A DNA stretch of 62,867 nt, the filler included, from Phoronis australis (taxonomy: Eukaryota; Animalia; Phoronida): NCBI GenBank assembly GCA_002633005.1. It is 12 parts of 12 records of this genome, joined end to end, with 100 filler letters (N's around TTAATTAATTAA, not from the genome) between each part and the next. Parts side by side here need not be neighbours in the genome. Positions count along the whole stretch, not along the records: positions 1 to 5,139 come from NMRA01002411.1; positions 5,240 to 8,402 come from NMRA01003177.1; positions 8,503 to 10,803 come from NMRA01001707.1; positions 10,904 to 24,518 come from NMRA01001579.1; 8 more parts are not named here. The stretch is one strand, 5' to 3'. Shown piece after piece: positions 1 through 16,900 of the stretch. Position numbers and translations under genes: made by a program. Under the pieces are notes generated by a model. That model ran no database searches. It was not told the origin of the DNA and was given only the letters and a program-made list of their open reading frames with translations. Numbering within the stretch: the first letter of the stretch is position 1; each line of letters begins with the position of its first letter.

Positions 1-477
1 TAGACAAATTCCTCTTCTGCATTAGCAGCAGGTTGCACCATGATGTCCAGGAAAGTGCAGTGAAAATACATCTTGCTTCTTGCAACGCATCTGGGCCCAG
101 TTGCATAAAAGTTACAGGCCTTATGGCAACAATGATGTCACGTTATTATTGAACAATGCACCTGACGTTATGCAACAATCAAACGTATCCAGCTGATAAT
201 TTTAAAGTTTTATGCAACCCAGCTCTTTTGGTTACCATTATAAAAATTATTTTGTGAAGAACTTCATTGGTCTTGAGAATGGGACTGACACGTCATGTAG
301 AAATGCAATGCTCTCATGAAAGGAATTGTCTCCACAAATTCTAGCCTGTTTTGGGACTTGATTTCTTTGCGTGAGACATTCATTGGTAGCTGGTTCTACT
401 AACAGCGCCACTGAAAAGTTTGAAATAATAAAATAAAACCTTGCCTAGTATCTTTGAATGGATTGTTGCCACTTCAG

Positions 478-5027
<4,550 letters not shown>

Positions 5028-5139
5028 GTATTTAGCAGCTTATTTTTCAGCTGTTATTTAACGTCATCTGCTAGTCTGTTTAGGGATATTGTCTGAGACT
5101 TCTTGATAATGAAAACGTTTCGTGACCAAAATTGGTGGC

Positions 5140-5239
5140 NNNNNNNNNNNNNNNNNNNNNNNNNNNNNNNNNNNNNNNNNNNNTTAATTAATTAANNNNN
5201 NNNNNNNNNNNNNNNNNNNNNNNNNNNNNNNNNNNNNNN
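5140..5239. other. Artificial contig spacer (N run + TTAATTAATTAA + N run, 100 nt); first of 11
   Basis: The same spacer recurs at 8403-8502, 10804-10903, 24519-24618, 27189-27288, 30295-30394, 50493-50592, 52763-52862, 56650-56749, 59057-59156 and 60942-61041. TTAATTAATTAA places stops in all six frames. Confidence 0.97.
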
Positions 5240-5290
5240 CAGCCATTTTAAATTTAAATCAAACGCAACCACCCATAAATTTTTATTTCA

Positions 5291-5333
5291 GTTGCCTTCC
5301 CCCCCTCCCACACAGATTTTGCTGGAACAGCCC
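5291..5333 (+). mobile_element. Right end of a Harbinger/Tourist-like MITE (same family as 15845-16649)
   Basis: GCCTTCCCCCCCTCCCACACAGATTTTGCTGGAACAGCCC followed by TTA; near-identical to 16608-16652. Confidence 0.75.
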
Positions 5334-6651
5334 TTACTGGAAAAAGGAATTACAATAGGTCTCATTACAAGCCATAACCGGAAAACAGAATGTTGTCTCA
5401 ACTTGCTTATTTGTGTTGTACAGCAATTTGTTTGGGCAATGCTGATCTTGAAATAGGACTTTTACTTCCACGACCAGGTATTGATTGCCCTTAATTTTTA
5501 AATCAGTATATTAAGGATTGGTAATAGTCAATCGAGTAAACATGGTTTATGGAGAGAAGGTTACTTTTCACTCTGTTAAGGAACACTCCTGCCCATTACG
5601 TCTGCAAGAAGTCAACATGGTAGAAAGTCATCACCGTCATTTCTGCACTCAGCTTCTAAGGTGACTTAGTCAAGAATTGAATTTGAAAACTTCTACAGCT
5701 CTATTGAAATGTTGCACAGAGTCCAAAAATTTCACCATTTTATCAGACTGAGTGAAATAGCAATTAATCAACAATTAATTATTAAATAGTATTTAATAAA
5801 ATATTAATTACCATATGAATTACTAATTAGTATAATGAATTACCAATTAGTATTAAAGCTGCAATAAACCATGTCTTGAAGTAATTTTACACCACCACAT
5901 CTTTCTCCAGGGAATTTGCTTTTCAAAAATAATGTCATTGCGACCTAATGATTTATATAGTTTGAAATGGAATTGAACTAACCTGCTGTAACAAGCAAAT
6001 TAGTGGGCTTGGTCAAAAGACTTGGATATTGAACAACACGAGTCTGATTTTACCATTGTAATTGGCCTGAATTGAAAGCTTTGACAGAAGCCACAAGTTT
6101 AATTGTCCCTTAACACATATTGAAAAAATGTCACCCCTCTGCAACACAGCATGGCTTGTCTAAATGCAGCTCAACATTTCGCAATCAAAGTTTTAACAAC
6201 CTGTATCAGTATGTAATCCTCATTCACTTACAATGGACCTTTTACATTCAAAAAAGGACGTCCTCAACAGGGAACATTCTGTCGGCACCGGTCCACTCTT
6301 TAACTGTAAGCATTCCTTTGGCGTGTATCCATGCTAAAAACAAAAAATACAAGATATTTGGTTATTTCAATTTCTCCATAAAATTCTTACTATTCATTCT
6401 CAAGTTTGGCAATTTTCCACAAGCAAGAAAAATAGATCTGCAAGATTCGAATTCATGCTTCCAGCAAGTATTTCTTGTACTTGAACCAGTTGGCCTAACA
6501 GTAATTACCTCGTACCGAAAAAAGGTTCGAAACAGCAGTTTAGATTATGTAGCACCCTAAAAAATGGCCAAATTTGGCTACCTTTGGAACATAATAGATC
6601 AGATATGGCAGCCTAGATTCATCTAAAAATATCAGATATTGTGCTTTAGAA

Positions 6652-7076
6652 GCAGAGATGGTGATGTTCCCATAAGGCCTTCATATGTCAAAAGCTTTTC
6701 AGCTAATTATGCCTCAAGCTGATTAAACCATCAAAGTCATGTTGCTAAAGTACCTTTTGAACGTCTAGGTAAGAGGCCATTGATGACATTAAATCCTTCC
6801 AACTCGAACAAATACTCCCGTAACATAACGTCATATCCACTGGCATGTGCAGTGTAAAAATAGTCGATTTGGGCAACTGAACGAACGACTGCTTGAATAA
6901 ATATGTTTGATTACGGGAGTATTTGTTTGAGTTGGAAGGAATACATAGACATCGATGGCCTCTTAATTAAGGTGTCCCTCTATGCGCAAAAGGACTTTGA
7001 TGGTTCAATCAGTGTTAGGCACAATTCACCAAAAGCTTCCAGCATATGAAGGCCCTATGGCAGCATCACCCTCTCT
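6652..7076. repeat. Long imperfect inverted repeat (foldback/MITE-like), arms ~170 bp, spacer ~80 bp
   Basis: TCCTTCCAACTCGAACAAATACTCCCGTAA (~6794-6823) pairs with TTACGGGAGTATTTGTTTGAGTTGGAAGGA (~6911-6940); GGTGATGTTCCCATAAGGCCTTCATATG pairs with CATATGAAGGCCCTATGGCAGCATCACC. Confidence 0.8.
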
Positions 7077-8502
7077 ATACTGCTAAGTAGAGGCGGTGGC
7101 ATTGTCTTGTAAGTCATGTGCCAATGGGTCCATTCAGATAGGCATTTTAGGGACATGACATAATCGCCAAAACTATAAAAATAAATTCAAACCACAGATA
7201 CTCACAACACGAACACAATCACTTTGAAGAAGACAGTCCTTCAAATCAATCTTTAGTCCTTCACATGCAGGCTTAGGGCCCTTTGCAGGTTCTTCATCTG
7301 GCAGATGCTTCGGCATTGAGACGGTGGTATACGATGCCTTTCAAAGCCAATACCCAAAACACAGTGCAGTTGTCTTCTGTCACTGTCAGCCTTGTCGTCA
7401 CTAGTGAGTAGTGCAGTGCAATAGAAACTGTGTCTGTGATGACAGTACTATCGGCTTGTCAGAAACCCAGGTCGGAAATTGCTTCCTTAGGCTTAGCCTA
7501 GACAGGGCCTAGTGTATTTGCAAATTCAAAGACAAAGAGTGAGAAAACTGAGTACGCCTCACCTAAAAACGAATATAATTTGGGGAAAAACAGAATTAGG
7601 TTTCGACACCTTGTGTTATTTTGGATGTAAAGCGTTTATAAGAGCGAACGCTACGCTACGCATAAAACATGATATTGATAACCTTGATAACTTTCACAAG
7701 GGCGCAGACATCTTGAAATTACCTACGATCGCAGTCCACAACTTGCTCATGAAATTTACACCAATTGTTTAAATTTGTGAAATTGATATATTTTGACAAC
7801 ATGTTACAAATAAATCAATAATTGATAGTTAAATGAATTAATTAATACTTATATGATTGATTTAGTGAAATATAGCCATAGGTTGTTTCTAACTGAGTGC
7901 GCAGACAGTAATGCGCAAAAGCACGTCAACAAGGATGAGTTGGAAGTTGGTGTACTAAGTTAACCAACCAAGTGAGTGTTTTTCGTTTGTTTGTTTAAAA
8001 ATCATTGTGTTAGTGAACCTGTGAGTGTGACATACGGTAGGCCTACCATCACCGGTTCCATTCGCTTGAAATGTCTCCGTTTACAAGACAAGCTTTGATT
8101 GCAAATGCAACCTCAAAGTCAAATGGAAAACTCACATTATTAACCGGGTCGCTCACTACAGTCAGAGTACAGATCAGATGACCCGGCAGTGGTCGGATAT
8201 TGCGGTCCCTGATTTGGAGAACCAGTTTCGTACTCAGAATAAAGAGTGCGTTGTCCAGTGATTGACTGGATCTCAAAATCAGACACCCTTATCGGATAAG
8301 GATAAGGGCCTTATCCGACCGTGCCCGATGTCGTAGGCAATGACCATCGCCTCTGTTGGCCCGAAGCAGAGGCGATGTAGAGGCTATAGGCGCTCTGTAC
8401 GCNNNNNNNNNNNNNNNNNNNNNNNNNNNNNNNNNNNNNNNNNNNNTTAATTAATTAANNNNNNNNNNNNNNNNNNNNNNNNNNNNNNNNNNNNNNNNNN
8501 NN

Positions 8503-8830
8503 GGCGGCCATTTTGTTTTCATTTAAAGGTTCAAAGGCTTCTGGAGGCTACAATTTTTTACGTAAAAGGCTAAGAATCAGAACAGTAAATGGACCGGAAG
8601 TTTTTACAAGTATACCGGAAATTGTTTACTTCCGGTCAAAGATGGCGGAAATATCGGCGATCGCGCATGCGCACCTCGATTTTGGCCTAAAAACGTTTTC
8701 TTCTGTAGAGGGCGCATTATGAGACCAATTCCTTCGAATTTTTACAGGTATTAGTTTCTTATGACACGCTATTATACAAAGCGAAAAAAACGGAAGTTGC
8801 TTTCAAGATGGCGGATCTGGCGCATGTTGA
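8503..8830 (+). promoter_or_regulatory. Cluster of housekeeping-promoter-like motifs (YY1, ETS, NRF1) upstream of the nucleotidyltransferase gene
   Basis: AAGATGGCGG at ~8639 and ~8805, GCGGCCATTTT at ~8504, CCGGAAGT/ACTTCCGG at ~8594/8628, GCGCATGCGC at ~8663. It could instead be part of an interspersed repeat. Confidence 0.35.
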
Positions 8831-9518
8831 CCCATTTTCAGTCGTGCTGGAGTGCGATTTTAAACGGGAAGAGAAAAAGACGTGATTTTTTGCATGTGGA
8901 TTCTTTGAAGTATATTCTTTCAGATGGCCTGCAACAATTTTTTTCTCATACTTACCGTTTTCGAGTTATTTGACTTTGAATTTCTTTAAAAAAATGCAAA
9001 ATTTTACATTATAACATATTTGAACATAAACCAATAGCATTTCTGAAGTCTTCGTCAAATAGTGACCATGTTTAGTTCTTGAATCGCCAAAATCGCCCAA
9101 CTGCAACCGAAGTTATGACAATCTATTCTTTCCGAATACACCAATTCACTCTGAGTTTGACTATGTTCTCACCTGGTCTGTAATAAGCCTGGTAGATAAT
9201 TGGCCTGCTTGTTGTCACAACAGACAAAAGAGTGTGCTTGGCACTTAACAAAGAAGCTAGATGTTATCACATGCTCAGAACCCCCTACTTCTGGTAAAGT
9301 CACTGAATGGGAAAACGCTGTCATGTTTAACCAATTGCACAGCATGCAAATTTGTAAGTTTACTTGAAGCAAGACATGCAATGGGTCAGTTTTCAAGTGT
9401 ACTGAACTCAAGGCCTGATTACAGATTCATGAATTATTCCTTTGAAGTGTGGAAGAGATCACACATATTGGGTTATTAATTATTTTACATATTGTAATTT
9501 TCAGAATAGCTTCCAGTT

Positions 9519-10604
9519 ATGAAGGTGTTGATTTTGGGTGCAGGATACGGAACTCGGTTACTGAAGGACCTGGAGAGTGAACTTGGCAAAGACTACTGCC
9601 ATCTTTTAGGATGTCCAAAACCATTACTGCCTATAGGTGACAAACCACTTGTCAGTCATTGGTTGGAAATTCTTAATAAGGAACCTGTCATTGATGAAAT
9701 TTACATTTTGGTGAGAGCATAATGGAGGGGGTCTCATAGTTATTGTGCAGTGTCTCAGTCATTGTTAAATGCTTAAAGTATTTTACTTATCAAAAGCTGG
9801 AATTGTTAACTTGATTCTATGTTTTTAATGACCTTGCGCATCTTATTCATTGTTTCACGTTTTGATGCCATAGATCATCATAAGCAGTTCTGAGATCAAC
9901 AGGGTTTAGATTTGTCAATATTCTACCCCATTCCCAACATTTTGACAAAAATAACTGTTAGGATTGTGACTAATCAAAACAGTTTTCATAATTGATTGCA
10001 GACCAATGAAGTTTCACACCCACACTTCACAAAGTTGCTGGAAGACTGGCCGAATGTGAAGTTGTTTTCTGATGGATCAACTTGTAATGAGGCAAGTAGC
10101 TCAATGAGTTGGGTAATTGTATATCTATATACAGATACAGCATGTAGATAGTGATTCCAATTTCTCAAATTTGAAATTGAGTGTTTTGTAGTGTTTGATT
10201 TTGAAAAAGGATATCTCTGCTGAGAAAATTTAGTCCTTGAAAATATCTTATCAATAGAAGAAGTTAAATCTAACAGAAAATTAAGCTAGCACATGCATAC
10301 TTTAGTGCCCAAATTTATGGAAATGTCTGAGACTAACCAAGTCTGGAAATCAGTGCCATGCTCTTATGAATGTAGCTGTGTATTGAATAAGGATGGCCGT
10401 CTTGCCCCAGTTATTGTATAACAATATTTTCCATGGTTCACGTTTGAATTCATCGCCTCTTTGAAATTTGAAAAGTATTTAAACATAATTGCAACGTGTA
10501 TTCTTGCTTCTTGTGCTCATGCAGGGCAGACTCGGTGCAATTGGAGGAATAGAACTGATTGTGAAACAGTTCAACATAGGGGACCACCTGCTGGTTATTG
10601 CTGG
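9519..10604 (+). CDS. Sugar-phosphate nucleotidyltransferase (NTP_transferase family), uncharacterised metazoan type; 5' three coding exons
   Basis: Exons 9519-9710, 10002-10091, 10525-10604 give MKVLILGAGYGTRL...PKPLLPIGDKPLVSHWL...TNEVSHPHFTKLLEDWPNVKLFSDGSTCNE-GRLGAIGGIELIVKQFNIGDHLLVIAG. The GxGxGTRL...PKPLLP signature is present. Intron 2 has a GC donor. Confidence 0.85.
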
Positions 10605-10903
10605 GTAAGTTTTAACCCTTGACCTTGGAGTTCATGACCTTATAGTACAATGAAATGAAACTATGACTCCCCACCGAGCTTATTGCTTACCAATGAGGAA
10701 TGTTATGCATCAATAGCAGATCACCTGGGTTTGATAGGTGCTATGCAGGAATTGTACAGTAACTGTTGTAGTTTGCAAAGGTAGCTAGTGTAATTGTTAG
10801 AATNNNNNNNNNNNNNNNNNNNNNNNNNNNNNNNNNNNNNNNNNNNNTTAATTAATTAANNNNNNNNNNNNNNNNNNNNNNNNNNNNNNNNNNNNNNNNN
10901 NNN

Positions 10904-13900
10904 CACTTTCTACAGCACTGGAGCTGCTACGTTCACTTTCTGCGCTTGACCTGCCACCTGTCGACGAGGAGGGCCTAGCAGAAACGATAAGCTTGAGGTA
11001 CGATACTGGGCAATAGTCAGTTATACGGGTCACGGATTTTGAGAAGCAGTTTGGTGCCTGTTATTCTGTTGAGAAAATGCGGGATCCCTATAACAACTAT
11101 TACCTGATGGTGTGTAAATACTTGAAGGGAATAGTCTTAGTGCATCTGCCTCAGTGTCATACTATTCATATTTGAACCTGTTCTGCTGGACTGAATTTAC
11201 CCAATTCTGATATCCTCAGAGATGTCTTGTCTCCTTAGGAGGATTATGTTGACTACTGCTAGTTGCAGGAAATCGTGTCACGTAAGATCGTGTTTGTCTT
11301 GTTATGCTGCCAACACTCTCAATCTATGTTGACGACAATTTGAATCTGGCGCCTCCTAGCTTATTGAGAGAAGGTTTTATGGCTTGGATGTAGATAGCCT
11401 CCTGTACCTGTCTCAAGCCATTTTGTCTCTGCACATTCAGAGAGACCAGACATCTCAGAGGATTTAAGAATTAGAAAAATACCATCCAGCAGACCAGGTT
11501 CAAGTATGCATTTTCTGGATGGCTGAAGAACTACATTTTATGGGCCAGTCATAGGTGACCTGATTATGTGCTTGGTAAAAGTGCACACTCCGCGCATACT
11601 TGACTAAATTTGACCAAGCTAGGTTAGGCTTAATGGAGGGTTACCTTGTTAAATATTTTTCTCCAAGCATGAATTTCTTTGCTTCGTTACTAACCATTGC
11701 TCGGTCTGCTTGAAAAAAATAAGTAAGGTAAATCAAGCTTGCCAAAAAACTGTTGAATCAAGTTGTTGGGTCAGGCTTGGAAAACCTTGCTTCTAGCTAA
11801 GCATTACTGTCCAAGCTTGAATAAGAATACTGTTCAATAACGTAATTCAAGATTATTAACTTAGCAAATTCTGTTGCCAAGCAAAACTATTCATAACATC
11901 TTATGACCTCTTTTCGCGTGACAATGTAGCTCGTGCAACCCCTGACAGTTACTAATAAAGTTATGGTTTGTGTGGAACCTTGAATAAGGTAGCCCCAATA
12001 CTACAGTATTGGCCAAACTTGTATAATTTGAATATCATCATGTACTTGTTGCCAGTAAAGACTAGTCAAGCTGCTTGACAAATTTTGCTTCCATTTGGCT
12101 GACTGCCCTCATGTTCCCAGAAATCGATGGCTAAAGAGTGAATATTTTTTTAATGACTGTCTAATTTATTGCACTGTCTTTTTGTCTGGTGTGCACCAAT
12201 TTGGAATAAATCAAGCTGGACAACTGCTCATTGTCTCATGTTAAACTACCTCAGCTTGTGGCCTCACATACTTACAGCCCAAGTAACACACCTAGACACA
12301 ATACTCAACTGAAGGGAAATGTGCCTGTGCCTTGTGGGAGGGGAATTTTTCAGGTGAGGGGAAATTGTCTTTCACCGGATCACCTAATTCAAGGGACTGT
12401 GCCAGTCATTCTCAACTTGAGAATATATTAATCATTGCAGGGAAGTTCAGGGCCTGATAAGGGGAATTTTGCATGATTTTAAAATATATTTCAGAGGGGG
12501 AGTGGTGCTTATATTTGACCCAAAATCGAAGGTCCTGGCAAACTTTTTCAGTTGCAGCATTTTATTATTTTATATTGTTTTGTTATGTGCCCACATATTT
12601 ATATGTGGTTGTATTATGTCATCGATCCCCGTCTGTCTGGCATCCATCCAGCATCCATTCAGCGTTTACTGCTGTATCTCCAAAATTCTTGGAAGTGTGT
12701 TCACCGAATTTTGCAGATATGTGCTTTTCCTTGATAGGACGGTATGAGCGAATTTTTGACGAGTCTGGTTGCCGGTATGCGCCCTAGTGGCAATCTTAGT
12801 TTTTTACATTTAGCTATATCTTTGGAGTTCTTTAACAGAATTTCATCAAGTGTAGCAAATAGGTATAGTTTTAAGAGATGACACCACCTTTTCGTTTTCA
12901 AATGGATTCAACGTATTTTGCACCACCTAGTGGCCACTTTTACTGTTTTCGAGTATGTCTTTGGCCTGCACCCTCTATCAACCAAACTACTCTAAGGATG
13001 ATTATGAAAATTCGGATATATGTTCCTACAGTGAAGAAGATGGATGTTGATGATTTTTGAACGACTGGCAATTTTTTTTGACAGCTGTATCTTCTAAACT
13101 ACTTGCATTATCTTTATTTAAGTTAGCAAGCACATTTGTAGAAAGGTGACAACAGACGAGGTCAACTTTTGGACGGATCCAACTACCACTGTGACCCCTA
13201 GTGGCAATGTTTTTTTTCTGCATCTGTCAAGTTCATTGATGGATTTTTATGAAGTTTGGTTAACTTTATTGGTTTCAATCCTGTCTTCAAATGGATTTGA
13301 CGTAGTGCATGCCACATAGCGGCCATTTTTACTACTATTTAGTCTAGTCTATTTTGGCCTCTGCCTCTCTATCAGCTAAACCACTTTTAAGATAATTGTG
13401 AAAATTAGTATAAAAATATATACTTCTGGAAGAGGGCAGGTGCTGATGATTATTGGATAGCTCTGACTACTGTGATGCCTCCTAGTGGCAGTTTTTTGTC
13501 CGTGGCTTTATTTCCAAAACCATCTTGAGGATGTTTTTTTAAATTAGAAAGTGTATTTGTAGGAAGGTGACAACGGATGATGACAACATTCAGATGTATT
13601 GGACTACCGCTGGCAATTTTATAGTTTACCTTTATTTTTCCTTCATATCTTTGGAGTTTCTTGTTGCATTTTTATGAAATTTGGGAAATAGGTTTCTGTT
13701 AAAATATGTGATGATACCTTCCCGTTTTCAGGTGGACTTGACATTATGAAAGCCTCCAAGTGGCCATTTTTATTTATTTAGTTTTTGGTGTCCATCCCTG
13801 TATCGGCTTACTCACTCTAAGAATCATTAAGAAAATTGGTATACATGTTATTACTGGGAAAAGCATGACTGATAGTGATTTTTGAACAACTTAAAGTACT

Positions 13901-16900
13901 ATGGCACCCTGTAATAACAGTTCTGCTTTTTTCTCAACCACAGCTGTTTTTCCTAAGCCCCTGCAGGTTCTTTGGCAAATTTGGCTGGTGTATTTCTGTG
14001 AACGTGACATTGGTTGACATCTTTTGGATGTATCTGACTACAGCTTTGTCCCTTTAGTGCCAGTTTTATTTTTTTACGATCTTTGCTTGTGTGTTCCTAT
14101 TGAGGAGAGAATTGCTGACTTGCTGTGTACCCCTTAAAAGCTATTTTAAGTTCACTAGCATTGCTCCGTTAAGCGGAAATATTTGATATAGTAATCATCC
14201 CTTGTATTTGTGATATATGTGATGCACATGATTGACTCCAGGTTGCTCTTGTGTAATGTGTAAATAACACTGACACTTTTGTTTTGTTGTCTGCAGGACA
14301 ATGACTCTGACTGGCAGTGAAGTGCGTGACACGTTGAACTTGGAGTCAGTTGACGAGGCTCAGCACCCACTGTTTGACCTGGAGAGATTACTTGTGGTGT
14401 GTAGAGTGTTTGGGTTGTGCGTAATAAGCACTTCACAATTATACAATAAATTTAAGCTCACTTGGATTTTGAACCACTAGTCTTTGTGGATGTTATACCA
14501 AGGGACTGTACGGTTGTGACAATTGTTGGTAAAGCATGCATCAGCAATTGTCTACAGTAATCTCTTAAATTTATGCAATAATTTATTTTCATGAGCTATT
14601 GGGAACACCAAAAGAATTTCATTGTCAGTTATATGTCATGAGGCTTATATTTTAGAAATTGTGAAATTTAGTTTGCCTACTTTTTGAAAGCAGTTTTGTC
14701 TAATCGCCTGTTTAATTACTGTTTTATTTGCTGGTTAGTTACAACCTAACAAACTGTTGATCATAGATTTAACATTTTCTTTCAGGACTATTCCAAAGAA
14801 GAAGAGTCCCTGGAGAGTCTACTAGAGAACATTACTGGGCTGGTGCAATTAATAAGAGACACTTCAATCAAGGAACCTAAAGGTAACAGAACAGAAGGGA
14901 GATATCACGATTTTCATTTATTTAAAACTGAATTAAAAATGTATCCTTCCTGTAAAGGTTCAATTTTGATTTAGATGACTTGGTGTAATTATAAATGTGT
15001 TCTCAGCCTGTTGCTTGCTTTCGTTAGATGTGATTTCTGGGCTCAGAAAGAACTCGCAGTTCATTATTGCTTGAGGCCATATTCAGCCCATAAGGCGACC
15101 TGCCCGAGGCCATATTCAGCCCATAATGTGACCTGTTTGAGGCCATATTCAGCCCATATTGTGACCTGTCTCGAGGCCATATTCAGCCCATAATGTGACC
15201 TGCTTGAGGCCATATTCAGCCCATAATGTGACCTGCTCAAGGCCATATTCAGCCCATAATGTGACCTGCCATGTCAAGTCAACTTATTGAGCATGGCCTT
15301 GGGCAAATAACTAGCTGCCTCCTGAGTAAGGAATAATTAGACACTATGAAGCCCCATGTGTTGCTAGCAGAAGGTGCAAACTTCATGGTCGTAAATCGTC
15401 CCATTGAAGTGATCAACAAACACCATGCTACCCATGTTGTAAATAGTTGTAATTAGGAATGCTTAACCTAGCTTGTTGCATTGAGAAATGAAAACAAAAG
15501 GTTCATGTTGAAAGTTGTGTGGTTTTCAAACAAGGCGCTGCATTTATCTTTAAAGACATAGTTTCACACCAAAACGAGATCCAAACAAATGACCCAAATT
15601 TCGCTACCAAAATTGCAATAAATGTGCACTGCTTAACCAGATTTTGATAATTTTTCAATTTATATTGAGTGGGATGCATTATCTTTCCGATTATATTGAA
15701 GTATTTTTACAAATGGAAAAAAAATCAGCCCTACTCTTACTGTACACTTAGTCCAGCTAGCTATCGACTAGGCTAAAATTCAATGGATTGCAACGACAGG
15801 TAACGAACATCAAGCTATTCAGCACATCCACCTACAAACACTTAGGGCTGTTCCAGTAAAATCCGTGTGGGAGGGGGGGACGTCAGTAGAAATAAAAATT
15901 CATGGGTGGTGGTCTTCAGAAAAAAACTCATATTATGGGTGGTCGTTCCTGTAAGAAGTGATGCATTAAAAATGGGTGGTATTTTTTGACCTGTTAATGT
16001 TGACAGGTTGGTTACTTCAGCCGTCAAAACTCAATAAAATGCAATTGGCATATATCCTAACTTATCCCAATACAAAAAAGCCCATATTGCCTGTGAACAG
16101 AGTGCAATATGTATACTAAGCCATTAATCAAATCATGGGCAACTTGATTTGACCCAACTGTTTGTCTGCAGTCCTATTGAATTGAAAAGTTATGCAACAC
16201 TAAACTGGTATTAACACATATAAAAAATTGATGATTTTTAAATAAAAAGTATGAGGAGTAAGATAAACAAGTTCCAATATTCTCTTGACATAGAAGTATA
16301 AAAGAGTTCGTGAAGACAGTTTGAGATTCATAAATCCTTATAAATGAAAAAATGTTCATTGAAATTATAGACACATAGTGAACAGAGACACGTGGTGGCT
16401 GCTAAAAGTATTGCTCACAGGCTACTTTAATTTTTGACAATATTGGACAAGACAACTAGTTCTTGTCTAAGTTCTTAACAGGTCCTCCTGGAGGCAATTT
16501 GCAAGTGTTGGATTTTATATTTTTAACCTATTAAAAATAATTAAAAATTATGGGTCATGGGTTGGAGAAATAAATGAAAAATATGGGCGGTGGGTACGAA
16601 ATAAAAGTGCCTTCCCCCCCCTCCCATACAGATTTTGCTGGAACAGCCCTTACCGGTATGTTGCAAAAATTGTAATTCAAAAGAAAAGCAATCCACTGGT
16701 TACTTATAGCACTAATCCTGTCCGACAGTGTCCGTCGATGCTATCCGCCGTTTTGAATGTTAGGTTGTTAATACTAGCTCAAGGCCCACTAGCTTCTAGA
16801 AAGCGACGGCATGTACCGTTTCGAATACTCTCTAAAACTTTACTCATCCTGGTTTACAACCATACTCGGATCACAGGCTGTCGTTTTAGAAGCAGTCCAT

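Noticed and set aside
5184-5195. TTAATTAATTAA as a biological repeat or piggyBac target
   Set aside because: Always centred in a fixed-length N spacer; synthetic.
6120-6560. 146-aa ORF and most other short ORFs in the track
   Set aside because: Non-ATG starts, no motifs or splice support, or antisense shadows of real exons and repeats.
8286-8378. Short hairpins at a contig end as terminators
   Set aside because: Eukaryotic context and no U tract; likely a repeat terminus.
15070-15270. ~32-bp direct repeats as a CRISPR array
   Set aside because: Units are head-to-tail with no unique spacers, intronic in a eukaryotic gene, and no cas genes are present; a minisatellite.
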